Below are positions 24,511-32,590 of a DNA stretch of 32,590 nucleotides, in pieces. The DNA lies in the IMG/VR virus record IMGVR_UViG_3300017774_000595, positions 1 through 32,590 of that record; one strand, written 5' to 3'. The stretch comes from a virus. Its lineage: Duplodnaviria > Caudoviricetes. The position numbers and the translations under genes are program-made. Below the pieces are notes generated by a model. That model saw only the letters and a program-made list of their open reading frames with translations, was not told the origin of the DNA and ran no database searches. The first letter of the stretch is position 1, and every line of letters begins with the position of its first letter.

Positions 24511-26198
24511 GACTTTCCCACCCTTGCGTCTCCGTCGAGGCGGCACCTGAAGCCCAACAAGTCGCCTGCCCTTGTGATGGAGTTCTTGCAGAATTCCGAC
24601 CAAGCCTGAGCGTTCTGTTCCGGTACTTCCCATTGGATCTCGTCGTGAATGTGAGCAACCTGTCGGGCACCGTACTTAGATGCCTCCTCGTTCATGAGCA
24701 CCGTAGCCTGCTTCATGGCAATGGCACCGGCACTCTGCAACAGTGTATTCAGTGCGGCATGGGCCGAACGAATACGAAGTTTCCGGCCATCTATTCCAGT
24801 AATTGTACCACGCTCCGCAGCCTTTTCGACTGCTGCCTTCAAAGCCTTGAGCGCTGGAACCTTTGTAAGAAATCGCTGCTGAAGTTTCTTACCCTCATCA
24901 TATCCACCGCCAACCACCTTGCCCAACTTGGCTGGCCCGGCACCGTACAGGAAAGCGTAGATAAATGACTTGGCCTGATTGCGAGTTTCCAGTCCGGCAG
25001 CCTTTTGGTTGGCCGTGTGGATGTCGCCCTCCAGTAGTTCCTTGGCGAACGCCCCATCATCCCACTTGGCCATGTAGTGGGCCAAGCAACGCAACTCAAG
25101 GCCAGCAGCGTCCACCCCAACCAAGACCATTCCCGGGGCGGCGATGAACAGGGATCGGCATTCCTTGCCATAGATGGACCCCGATGCGGGGACCTGAGCC
25201 ATGTTCGGGCCACGATGGGTGCAACGGCCGGTGACTGCACCGTTGTGGTTTACAGATCCGTAGATCCTTCCCTTCCGTTCAACCTTCAGCCACGCCTCGT
25301 CTCCCTCAGCCAGCATCCCGATGCGCTTCTGAATTGTCAGGTACTGCGACAGTTTCTTGGCAATCGGAAAGTCAAGCGCACCGAGAACAGACTCGTCAAC
25401 CTTGGGTTCTCCGCCGGGGGTAAACTCCTCGGGAACCCATCCATACTGTGTCTTCAGGACATGGGCAATCTGCTTTCGACTGGCAGGGTTGAAGGGGATC
25501 AACTTAGTCTTGGTCTTCATGACCTGCTGAGCGGGAGGCACTTCTTCCTGAAGGGTCTTGACCAGTAGATCACGGTCGGAAGCGAGACTGGCGTACAGCG
25601 AGCCAGCCGCGGCCTTGTCAAAGGCAAAGCCGTTTCGCATTTGCAGCATGATCGTTGTCGCAAACTTGTGTTCAAGTTCGATCGACTGCTCTGAGAATGC
25701 CTTTGCTGCCAGCCGCGCGTACAGCATGGCCGTGATCACTACATCCTGCTTGCAGTAGTCACCAAGGTCATCGGTGTACTCAAGCGAGGCATAGTCAACA
25801 ACATCATCCAGTTCCACACCCTTGGGCATGTTCAACCGAACTCCCCATGCCTTGAGGGAGTGGCTGCCAATCAGGGTTGGCGGGAAGGCGGTGGCGTGGA
25901 AGTCGTCATCCCGAATATCGGGGTGGACCAGTCGAGCAAGAACAAGGGTGTCCCTGATCTTGCCTAGTGGCCCACCCCATTTGGGATACAACTTGTTCAG
26001 GACCGGGATATCGAACGCAATGATGTTGTGGCCGATCACAACATCAGCGTTCCTGATCGCATCGAGGGCCGTAGTAATCTGTTCGGGAGTAAACGCGATG
26101 ATCGGATCACCACCGTTAATGCTGTATCCGATGCAGACACAGCGTGTAACTGTGTCTATGAATCCGTTGCATTCGATGTCAAAGACGACCGTACTCAC
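24492..26198 (-). CDS. DNA polymerase family A (T7 gp5-like) with 3'-5' exonuclease domain
   Basis: GTG 26198 with SD AAGGAGG. FDIE, GHNIIAFD and YCKQDV exonuclease motifs; DAAGLELR motif A, RNQAKSFIYAFLYG motif B, HIHDE motif C; ends WAETH. Confidence 0.97.
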   Translation of the reverse strand: MSTVVFDIECNGFIDTVTRCVCIGYSINGGDPIIAFTPEQITTALDAIRNADVVIGHNIIAFDIPVLNKLYPKWGGPLGKIRDTLVLARLVHPDIRDDDFHATAFPPTLIGSHSLKAWGVRLNMPKGVELDDVVDYASLEYTDDLGDYCKQDVVITAMLYARLAAKAFSEQSIELEHKFATTIMLQMRNGFAFDKAAAGSLYASLASDRDLLVKTLQEEVPPAQQVMKTKTKLIPFNPASRKQIAHVLKTQYGWVPEEFTPGGEPKVDESVLGALDFPIAKKLSQYLTIQKRIGMLAEGDEAWLKVERKGRIYGSVNHNGAVTGRCTHRGPNMAQVPASGSIYGKECRSLFIAAPGMVLVGVDAAGLELRCLAHYMAKWDDGAFAKELLEGDIHTANQKAAGLETRNQAKSFIYAFLYGAGPAKLGKVVGGGYDEGKKLQQRFLTKVPALKALKAAVEKAAERGTITGIDGRKLRIRSAHAALNTLLQSAGAIAMKQATVLMNEEASKYGARQVAHIHDEIQWEVPEQNAQAWSEFCKNSITRAGDLLGFRCRLDGDARVGKSWAETH

Positions 26199-26401
26199 TT
26201 GTGGCCCTCCTTGAAGCAGTCCCACCCACGGCGGGCCGCTTCCAACATTGCTCCTCCAATAGTTTCATCGTGACCACAGGCTTCCCGCCTCGCCTCGTCG
26301 CGCTCGGCGAGTAGGCGTTCGATGGTGTCAGCGGCCTCAAGCATGATCGACGGGGCAAGACACTCGCTGTTGGCTCGGAGTTGTTTGACGATGTCTTTCA
26401 T
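26195..26401 (-). CDS. Hypothetical phage protein
   Basis: MKDIVKQLR...EAADTIERLLAERDEARRE...RRGWDCF; SD AAAGGA; its stop overlaps the polymerase start (GTGA). Confidence 0.7.
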   Translation of the reverse strand: MKDIVKQLRANSECLAPSIMLEAADTIERLLAERDEARREACGHDETIGGAMLEAARRGWDCFKEGHK

Positions 26402-26417
26402 GCATGTCCTTTTTGAT

Positions 26418-26786
26418 TCAATATTCGCGGGCTTCAAACTCTTGAATCTTCGACATCAGCAGAACGATGTTTGCCTTCGCGTCCCGCAGGTGGCAATCCA
26501 ACCGATCAGCATACGCCCGTTGAGAGGCTGCTTCAACATGATGACTTGCGTTCTTGCGCCTGAGGTCGGCTATCTCAGCATCCTTTGACAGCAACTCCTT
26601 TTTGAGGAGTTCGATACGGTCGTTCAATTCATCGATTGTGTTCATCTCAAGTTCCTCTGCTTCTTGTTCTGCGATTTGATCTTCACGATGCCGTCTGCAC
26701 CAGCCACAAAGGCTTTCAATTGGGTCGTGTCTAGTGCAGTCACACACATATCCATACGCATCTTCTAGTTCACACCGAGAGGGCAT
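26418..26786 (-). CDS. Hypothetical protein with Cys cluster and coiled coil
   Basis: ATG 26786 with SD AAGGA; CDC...CGWC followed by a heptad-rich acidic helix. Confidence 0.65.
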   Translation of the reverse strand: MPSRCELEDAYGYVCDCTRHDPIESLCGWCRRHREDQIAEQEAEELEMNTIDELNDRIELLKKELLSKDAEIADLRRKNASHHVEAASQRAYADRLDCHLRDAKANIVLLMSKIQEFEAREY

Positions 26787-27195
26787 TGCTGTATTCCTTG
26801 TGTTCGGAAGGCCAGAAGTATGGAGTGGACGGGTCTTCTCCATAGTGTCCGTATTCGTTGAAACTCTTGCGCTTGAGGTTAGCCCGGTGACTGGAGTGCA
26901 GTCGATCGTCTCCAAACCATGGGGGCATGGGAACGCCGGGATCATACTTAGGAATATCCATGGTGTTCTTGTATCCACGGGCAATCCACTCAAGGATCAT
27001 GGCGCGGAGGTATTGGCGAAGTGCGGGCTCATAGCCGCGCCACATCTTGGTGGCTGGATGGTTGACCCACCCCTTGGACTGGCCATTGAGTGCGCGAAGA
27101 ATTTGGTACGCCTCTACGCGCTGCTTGCCAAGCCGTTGCTTGTCGAGAGCAAGTGCGGACAGTTCGAAAGACGGGAGGGGTAGGAAAGTCTGCAT
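26770..27195 (-). CDS. Pyrimidine dimer DNA glycosylase-like protein (MSMEG_6728/DenV-related family)
   Basis: MQTFLP...LDKQRLGKQRVEAYQIL...NHPATKMWRGY...PPWFGD..LHSSHRANL...YFWP. Confidence 0.85.
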   Translation of the reverse strand: MQTFLPLPSFELSALALDKQRLGKQRVEAYQILRALNGQSKGWVNHPATKMWRGYEPALRQYLRAMILEWIARGYKNTMDIPKYDPGVPMPPWFGDDRLHSSHRANLKRKSFNEYGHYGEDPSTPYFWPSEHKEYSNALSV

Positions 27196-27208
27196 GGGTG
27201 GTACCTTA

Positions 27209-28864
27209 TCAGAAGTCGCTGTCTGTGTCAAACATTGACGCGGGGTCAGGCAGCGAAGCCTCAAGGAGCCTACCAGTTCCTCGGTCGTATTGCAAGGCCG
27301 TTGCCAGTCCCGTCTCGCCAGTGAATCGATTTTTCAGAACACGGACACAAGTCAGGTCCTTGTTCTTCGCGTCCTGCTGGTTTCGTTCCAGACCGATCAC
27401 AAGGTCAGACAGTTGTCCGATTGCGGCGGAGCCTCGGAGTTGGGCGAGGCTGGTCTGCGCTCCCTCCTCGTGGCCCTTACCATCGGGACGCTTCAGGTGC
27501 GATACGAGAACCATCCCGCAACCAAGTTCCTCCACGAGAGACCGCATGGCGGTCATCGTGTTGTCGATCAGCCTACGCTCGTCCCCCTCACCCAATCCGC
27601 TAACCACGATCGACAGGTGGTCCAAGAAGATCCAACCACACCCCAAACCGCGGACCATGTAGCGGATGCGGCTGAGCAGATTCTGCGAATCAAGAGAACC
27701 AAAGTGATCGTACAGGTAAACACGGCCGCTTCCCACCGTGGACTCATATGCGGCTCGGAGTTCTGATTCATCGGGCACCTTTCCTTCCGCCGTGGCCATC
27801 TCGATATGGAGCGGCCGATTCATTGCAATGCCCATGAGGCCAAGCGCGGTGCGCCTAGTTGATTCCTCAAGAGCGATGTATCCGATCGTCTGACCTTGGC
27901 TGATGAGCCAGTGGGCAAGTTCGCGGCAAACGCTGGACTTGCCGATGCCGGAGCCCGAGCACAGCGTGACCAACTCTCGCTGGCGGAGCCCAAGTGTCAT
28001 GGTGTTCAGGCCACCCCAAGGGTAGGCGATGCTGGACACCGCTGGGCTGTTGACAATGGTTTCCCACATCTCCGTGCCGGGAATGATCCCGTCCGGTCGG
28101 AACATCTTGGCGTTCCAAATGGCATCGATGGCTTCCTTGCCACGGCCAGCAACCAGCATCTCATTCGGGTCCTTGAGCGGCAGGGTGGACACCTTGGCCT
28201 TGCCGGGGCTGAGGAGCAGGGCGCACTCCTGCGCTGCGGCTCGGCCAGCCTCGTCGTTGTCGAACATGATGACAACGGTCTCGTAGGATTCCAGCCATTC
28301 CAGATTCTCACGGAATGCCTTGGCCGCATTGTGAGCACCGTTGGGAACGGAGACCACAGGCCACTTGTTGTTCTGCAACTGGCTGATGCTGAGGCAATCG
28401 ATCTCGCCCTCGGTGACCACGACCATCTTGCCCCCGGTACGCCACAGGTTGCGACCGTACAGGGACATCTTCTTGGCTTCCCCGAGGATCATGAAGTCCT
28501 TGTTGGGGAAGCGGAGTTTCTGAGCAACGGGGGTACCGCTCTCGTCACAGTAGGTAGCGACCTGAACGGGGCGTCCGTTGTAGGTGGAGATCCCGTACTT
28601 GAACAGGTGGCAGGTTTCTTCGTTGAGCATCCGCTTCGGGAGCGGGGAGTAACTGGTATCGATCAAGGATGACATCCGTGTTCCCTTGGTGGTGGGTTCA
28701 ATAGGAGAATCGGACCCGGGCTCATAGTGCCCGCATCCGAAACAGTAACCGTGGCCATCAGACCAGCGGCCTAGGTTGTCTTTCGACTTACAGGACGGGC
28801 AGGCTTCGTGTCTGACAAAGGCGGTTTCGCCGGTGTCACATAGATGATTATCTGCGGAGGACAT
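27209..28864 (-). CDS. DNA primase-helicase (T7 gp4-like)
   Basis: CPSC...CFGC zinc finger, TEGEID and FDNDEAG TOPRIM motifs, SGSGIGKS Walker A, LDHLS, LVSHL, LRGS, KNRFTGETG. Confidence 0.97.
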   Translation of the reverse strand: MSSADNHLCDTGETAFVRHEACPSCKSKDNLGRWSDGHGYCFGCGHYEPGSDSPIEPTTKGTRMSSLIDTSYSPLPKRMLNEETCHLFKYGISTYNGRPVQVATYCDESGTPVAQKLRFPNKDFMILGEAKKMSLYGRNLWRTGGKMVVVTEGEIDCLSISQLQNNKWPVVSVPNGAHNAAKAFRENLEWLESYETVVIMFDNDEAGRAAAQECALLLSPGKAKVSTLPLKDPNEMLVAGRGKEAIDAIWNAKMFRPDGIIPGTEMWETIVNSPAVSSIAYPWGGLNTMTLGLRQRELVTLCSGSGIGKSSVCRELAHWLISQGQTIGYIALEESTRRTALGLMGIAMNRPLHIEMATAEGKVPDESELRAAYESTVGSGRVYLYDHFGSLDSQNLLSRIRYMVRGLGCGWIFLDHLSIVVSGLGEGDERRLIDNTMTAMRSLVEELGCGMVLVSHLKRPDGKGHEEGAQTSLAQLRGSAAIGQLSDLVIGLERNQQDAKNKDLTCVRVLKNRFTGETGLATALQYDRGTGRLLEASLPDPASMFDTDSDF

Positions 28865-29238
28865 TTGGTGGGTGTCCAGAGTTTGGAGATAAATAGGTGG
28901 GTGATTTGCGAATCATCATCCCACAGGATTTTGTTACTCGCGTCGAGAACAGACTTGGCGTAGTTGTCTACATCAGGACGCGGATGGCTCAACTTGCTCG
29001 TCTTCGGGCGGGTGGCCGATACGACGATGCGGACCTCGATCGGTCCCGTGAACTTCTCGATGCCTTCTTCCTCGACTACCCGGCGAAGTACGGAAGAGAA
29101 GGATGCCTTCCACTTGCTGTACTTCGCCGGGTAATACGCGCCCCACCTGCCCACCCGCGGGCGGGGACACGGACATGGTTCGGCATTGATCGAAATCAGT
29201 GCGGAACTGTCCGAGGATTTTGGGCCCTGCTTCGCCAC
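28771..29238 (-). CDS. RusA-family Holliday junction resolvase
   Basis: PCPRPR and RPDVDNYAKSVLDA...WDDDSQI catalytic signature. Confidence 0.88.
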   Translation of the reverse strand: MAKQGPKSSDSSALISINAEPCPCPRPRVGRWGAYYPAKYSKWKASFSSVLRRVVEEEGIEKFTGPIEVRIVVSATRPKTSKLSHPRPDVDNYAKSVLDASNKILWDDDSQITHLFISKLWTPTKCPPQIIIYVTPAKPPLSDTKPARPVSRKTT

Positions 29239-29243
29239 AGGGA

Positions 29244-29897
29244 TCAGAAGTCCGAGGACTCTTCGTCAGAGTCGGAGACAAACGCCTTGGCGGCATCGTT
29301 GCTCGTGGAGGCGGTGAAGGTGTAACCGTTCTCCTCAGCAAAACCAAACGATGTCGCGTCCTTGGGGCCATAGGTCTTGAGTTCAAGAACCTGAACGCCA
29401 CGGGGACGGAGGCTGATGCCGAAGCCGAGCGAGGGCGTATACCACGGGAACACCTCGGCGTTCACACGGACGATGCTACCACCACCCACCGGATCACTGT
29501 CGGGCGGGAGAGGCTGGAGCCGCGAATCAAACAGGGACGGGCGCTGCTCCCACGACTTGCCGGTCTTGGTCGTGACCTTGGCCTTCAACTTGAAGTTGAA
29601 GTCGGTGAAGCCGGGGACATCAACGCGGGACTCGGTTTCCTTGTCCCAATTGGTGGCGACCTTCCACGGGAAGGAACCCTTCTTCAGGGCCTTCTTGCCC
29701 AACTTCTTGCACTCCTCGTTGTAGAACGAATCGTGCATCTTGGTCAGGCTTGCAATGAGCGGCTTGGCCTCGCTGTCGGGCAGCCGCAGGGTGACGCTGT
29801 ACACGCCTTCCGGGTTGAACTTCTTGTCGGGCTCGTTCAACTTGGGGAAGATGGCTGTGCCCTGAGGCGTGGTGATCGTCGGATTCTTGCTGTTCAT
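29244..29897 (-). CDS. Single-stranded DNA-binding protein (T7 gp2.5-like)
   Basis: ATG 29897 with SD TAGGAG. TTPQG..FPKLNEPDKKFNPEGVY, VGGGS, GVQVLEL; acidic tail ending in Phe (DSDEESSDF). Confidence 0.93.
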   Translation of the reverse strand: MNSKNPTITTPQGTAIFPKLNEPDKKFNPEGVYSVTLRLPDSEAKPLIASLTKMHDSFYNEECKKLGKKALKKGSFPWKVATNWDKETESRVDVPGFTDFNFKLKAKVTTKTGKSWEQRPSLFDSRLQPLPPDSDPVGGGSIVRVNAEVFPWYTPSLGFGISLRPRGVQVLELKTYGPKDATSFGFAEENGYTFTASTSNDAAKAFVSDSDEESSDF

Positions 29898-29911
29898 GAT
29901 TTCTCCTAGTG

Positions 29912-32293
29912 TCAAGCGAAGAAGTATTCGGCCTTCAGCAACTGGTTGATGTCCAGCGTTCCGGCCACGGGTGGCGAAGGGAGGTCTACACCCTTCGGCA
30001 GGTAAGCCTGCATTTCGGATTGTAGCGTCTTCAGGATTGGCTGCGAGAAGATTTCCACAGAAACTTCGCGGATTGCGTATGCCATTTTGCCCATGTCAGC
30101 CGCAACGGTCCCGAACGAATCGTGGATGCAGGAGAAGGAGTTGACATCTCGGATACCAGCGCGAACCACGGATTCCATCAGAACCGATGCGTCGATCGAA
30201 TGCACCACATTGGGACTGATCGCGTTCACATTGCGCGACATGGAAAGGTGCTCTCCGTCCACGAGAATGCGGTGCTGGCGCAGCACAGAACCGATGCTCG
30301 TCTTGACCACCACGCGATTCATCTTCTTGTATCCCTGTTCGACCAAGAAGCCAGACGGGCTGGTCCAACGGATTGGCTGTCCGCATTCCACATGGATGCG
30401 CGCACAGGCCTTGAGCCAGTCCATGCAACCGACCGCTGACACCACGATCTCTCGGATGGATTCCCAAATGTACTTCGTCAGGATGCCCACCTCGTTGAAC
30501 ACGGCCTCGACTTCAAAGGCACGCTTGCCGGTAGACCGGGCCTTGTCGAGATACCAGTCGCGCACATACTCGCGGCTGCTGTACTCGGTGAGCCCGTAAG
30601 GCAGGCACATGACCACGCGCTTGGTGGTCTTGCGATCGATCCCGAAGTCAAGCCACACGCGATCCTCGGGACGATCGCTGGCGGCCAACTTCATGTTCAC
30701 CAAGTCTGCCACGCGCTGGTAGATGTCCTCGGGATTGTCGAGCGGAACGCAGTTCGTGGCGGTAGCGCCGAGCGGGTCCTTGAGCAGGAGCGAGAAGATT
30801 TGCAGGCCGTTGTTGCTGCCATCCACATGGACGGGCAGGCCGGATGCATATGAACGATCAGCGTGAATAGCGGCCAGTTCCACACAGAACGCCAAGAATG
30901 CCCAAGGCTTGTCAGCGTTGGTCCAGAAGTTGTCCGAAAGCGGGTCCTTGCCAACAGCGAGGATCGCCTTGAGATTCTGTTCGATGAAGTCGATTCGCTT
31001 GTTGTAGGCAACCTTGTCCAGTCCCCACATGTTGGCACCGTGGATCATCAGCCACATCATGCCATCGTCATCGACCGGCTTTCCGTCGGCGAACTTGAGC
31101 AGCGACCGTTGCCAATCGGAACCCTGATTGTTCAGGAACACGGGCTTCGGGTAGACACGGCCGCGGAAGTCCAGTTCCTGCGGGAAGTGCATTGGCGTCT
31201 GTCCGTACTTGTCCGCCAGCCACAGAGTCTTTCCAACTGCGATGCGCTTGCTGCGCAGGCAGTCGTTGTCGAAGTGGGCACGGGCTGCCGACTTCCGCCA
31301 CTGTCTGCGGGCCTCTTCGTTCGTATCGATGTCAACGGGCTTGGCCGGGATGGGCATGGAGTTGCGCCCGGGCAGGTCTCCGATACTCAGGCCGTTTTCC
31401 CAAGCGTTCTTGAGGACATCGAGAACATTCCCGTTCACTTGCCAACGGGTATCCTGAATGCGGTTTACTGCTGCGAACACGGTGCTCAGGTCACCAGAGT
31501 CCAGGGTCTGGAGGTAACGCTTGTTCGTCACCTTGACTAGTGGACGGCGGCCGAACGATGTCCCGAGGTAGCCACCGTTCCAGACCGAATCCCAAGGCAC
31601 GGGCTTCACGACCATCGGGATGTACACCGGTTGCATGAACTCGGCTGCACCGTGGGATTTCTCAAGCCACGCAATGAACTCGTCAGTTCCCCGAACCAGC
31701 GTCACATCCTTGCCGAGGACATTGGTCCGGTTAACGATCTCGATCACGCCGGTGTGCTGCTTCATTAGTTCGATGCACACCAGACCCAACGCAACGCGAT
31801 CCTTCGTGGACCACGAGGGCAGGCTCATGCTATGCAACTTAGCAGACTTCTTGATGAACCGAGTCTTGCTCAGGTCACCAGACTGTCTGGCAACCAACTT
31901 GGTCATCTTGGACCACCACGATGGGTTGTCCTTTCGGATCTTTCGGAATCGATACTCATCCTCGACCAATCGTCCAACTTGTGCAGCAAGCGAGTTGATC
32001 GTCCGTGAAGCGGCAATGCCATCTATCACGCATCTACAAGTCAGCATGGAGACAATGGGCAGCGGGACTAGGGTCATCAACGGAAGGACCCGGTGCATCC
32101 TGCCGGGTTGGGTTGAGGCCGTGGCAACCCACGCATCCAGACCATTGGTCAGTTCGTGGACTGCCCGCTCCAGCACGCGCTGCCCTGCCGTGGAACAGGT
32201 CTCCAGTTTGGCTGAGCGATTCTTGGCCAGACGGGAACGATACCGCGCGATGCCGAGTTCGGTCATCTCGGCCTCAAGGTCAGTTTCCTTCAC
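29912..32293 (-). CDS. Single-subunit DNA-directed RNA polymerase (T7 gp1-like)
   Basis: DFRGRVY, DGSNNGLQ, RKTTKRVVMCLPYG, PNVVHSIDAS, IHDSFGT, ends YFFA; GTG start with SD TAGGAG. Confidence 0.98.
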   Translation of the reverse strand: MKETDLEAEMTELGIARYRSRLAKNRSAKLETCSTAGQRVLERAVHELTNGLDAWVATASTQPGRMHRVLPLMTLVPLPIVSMLTCRCVIDGIAASRTINSLAAQVGRLVEDEYRFRKIRKDNPSWWSKMTKLVARQSGDLSKTRFIKKSAKLHSMSLPSWSTKDRVALGLVCIELMKQHTGVIEIVNRTNVLGKDVTLVRGTDEFIAWLEKSHGAAEFMQPVYIPMVVKPVPWDSVWNGGYLGTSFGRRPLVKVTNKRYLQTLDSGDLSTVFAAVNRIQDTRWQVNGNVLDVLKNAWENGLSIGDLPGRNSMPIPAKPVDIDTNEEARRQWRKSAARAHFDNDCLRSKRIAVGKTLWLADKYGQTPMHFPQELDFRGRVYPKPVFLNNQGSDWQRSLLKFADGKPVDDDGMMWLMIHGANMWGLDKVAYNKRIDFIEQNLKAILAVGKDPLSDNFWTNADKPWAFLAFCVELAAIHADRSYASGLPVHVDGSNNGLQIFSLLLKDPLGATATNCVPLDNPEDIYQRVADLVNMKLAASDRPEDRVWLDFGIDRKTTKRVVMCLPYGLTEYSSREYVRDWYLDKARSTGKRAFEVEAVFNEVGILTKYIWESIREIVVSAVGCMDWLKACARIHVECGQPIRWTSPSGFLVEQGYKKMNRVVVKTSIGSVLRQHRILVDGEHLSMSRNVNAISPNVVHSIDASVLMESVVRAGIRDVNSFSCIHDSFGTVAADMGKMAYAIREVSVEIFSQPILKTLQSEMQAYLPKGVDLPSPPVAGTLDINQLLKAEYFFA

Positions 32294-32460
32294 AGGTTCT
32301 CCTAAGGTTGGCTTGGGGGTAAGCCTGAGGATTACTTAGGATGATGTACCCCTACATCTTCCTTATTTAGTTATCCTCTTTAGATATACCTATAGAAGAT
32401 TATAAACATCCTGCCTGAACCATCTATAACAAACTTTGAAAGTTTTTAAGTTTACCGTCT
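32294..32460 (-). promoter_or_regulatory. AT-rich control region upstream of RNAP (perfect TATAAT, palindromes, leader hairpins)
   Basis: Minus-strand TATAAT at 32399-32404 with no good -35; AAACTTT-G-AAAGTTT palindrome at 32431-32445; GATGTA-CCCC-TACATC at 32343-32358. Confidence 0.55.
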
Positions 32461-32498
32461 ACCGTCAGCGCGACTAGCGTGGGCAGCACGACTAGGGT

Positions 32499-32590
32499 CG
32501 CGCGCACGCGCCCGCGCGCACGCGCCCGCGCGCACGCACGCACGCGCACGCACGCGCACGCGCACGCACGCGCACGCGCACGCGCACGCG
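32499..32590. repeat. Low-complexity (GC/AC)n tract, mostly alternating purine-pyrimidine; runs to the window edge
   Basis: Irregular array of CGCGCA, CGCA and CGCGCC units, read directly. Confidence 0.9.

Noticed and set aside
24121-26198. Intein or group I intron in the polymerase as the source of the LAGLIDADG ORF
   Set aside because: The polymerase is uninterrupted through WAETH. No intein termini (C...HN) or split exons are evident, and the LAGLIDADG motif lies downstream of the polymerase stop.
32294-32498. Integrase, att site or terminal direct repeat
   Set aside because: No ORF or att-like duplication is visible. The genome ends appear to lie outside the window, so lifestyle and termini cannot be called.
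32499-32590. CRISPR array or tRNA at the right end
   Set aside because: Simple low-complexity tract with no spacers and no cloverleaf.

Overview
This window holds most of a T7-like podovirus genome (Autographiviridae-type), and every credible gene is on the minus strand. Read right to left, the replication block is: single-subunit RNA polymerase, SSB, RusA-like resolvase, primase-helicase, pyrimidine-dimer-glycosylase-like protein, family A DNA polymerase, a LAGLIDADG-type nuclease, 5'-3' exonuclease, dATP/dGTP diphosphohydrolase-like protein and a sigma-region-4-like HTH protein. The virion and packaging block follows: portal, scaffold, an oddly placed holin/spanin-like trio, major capsid with terminator, tail tubes A and B, internal virion proteins, tail fibre, terminase subunits, a small HNH protein, and a beta-helix tailspike gene that runs off the left edge and is absent from the ORF track. 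The most notable observations are: a GGGAAAG -1 slippery site that would fuse the DNA polymerase to the LAGLIDADG ORF; a capsid leader with two alternative folds; a lysis-like cassette between scaffold and capsid with no recognisable endolysin; a gp16-like ejection protein with polyvalent-protein-like inserts; a sigma-R4 mimic; and two related AT-rich elements in phiOL/phiOR-like positions. All calls come from reading motifs by eye. No database searches or folding programs were run.
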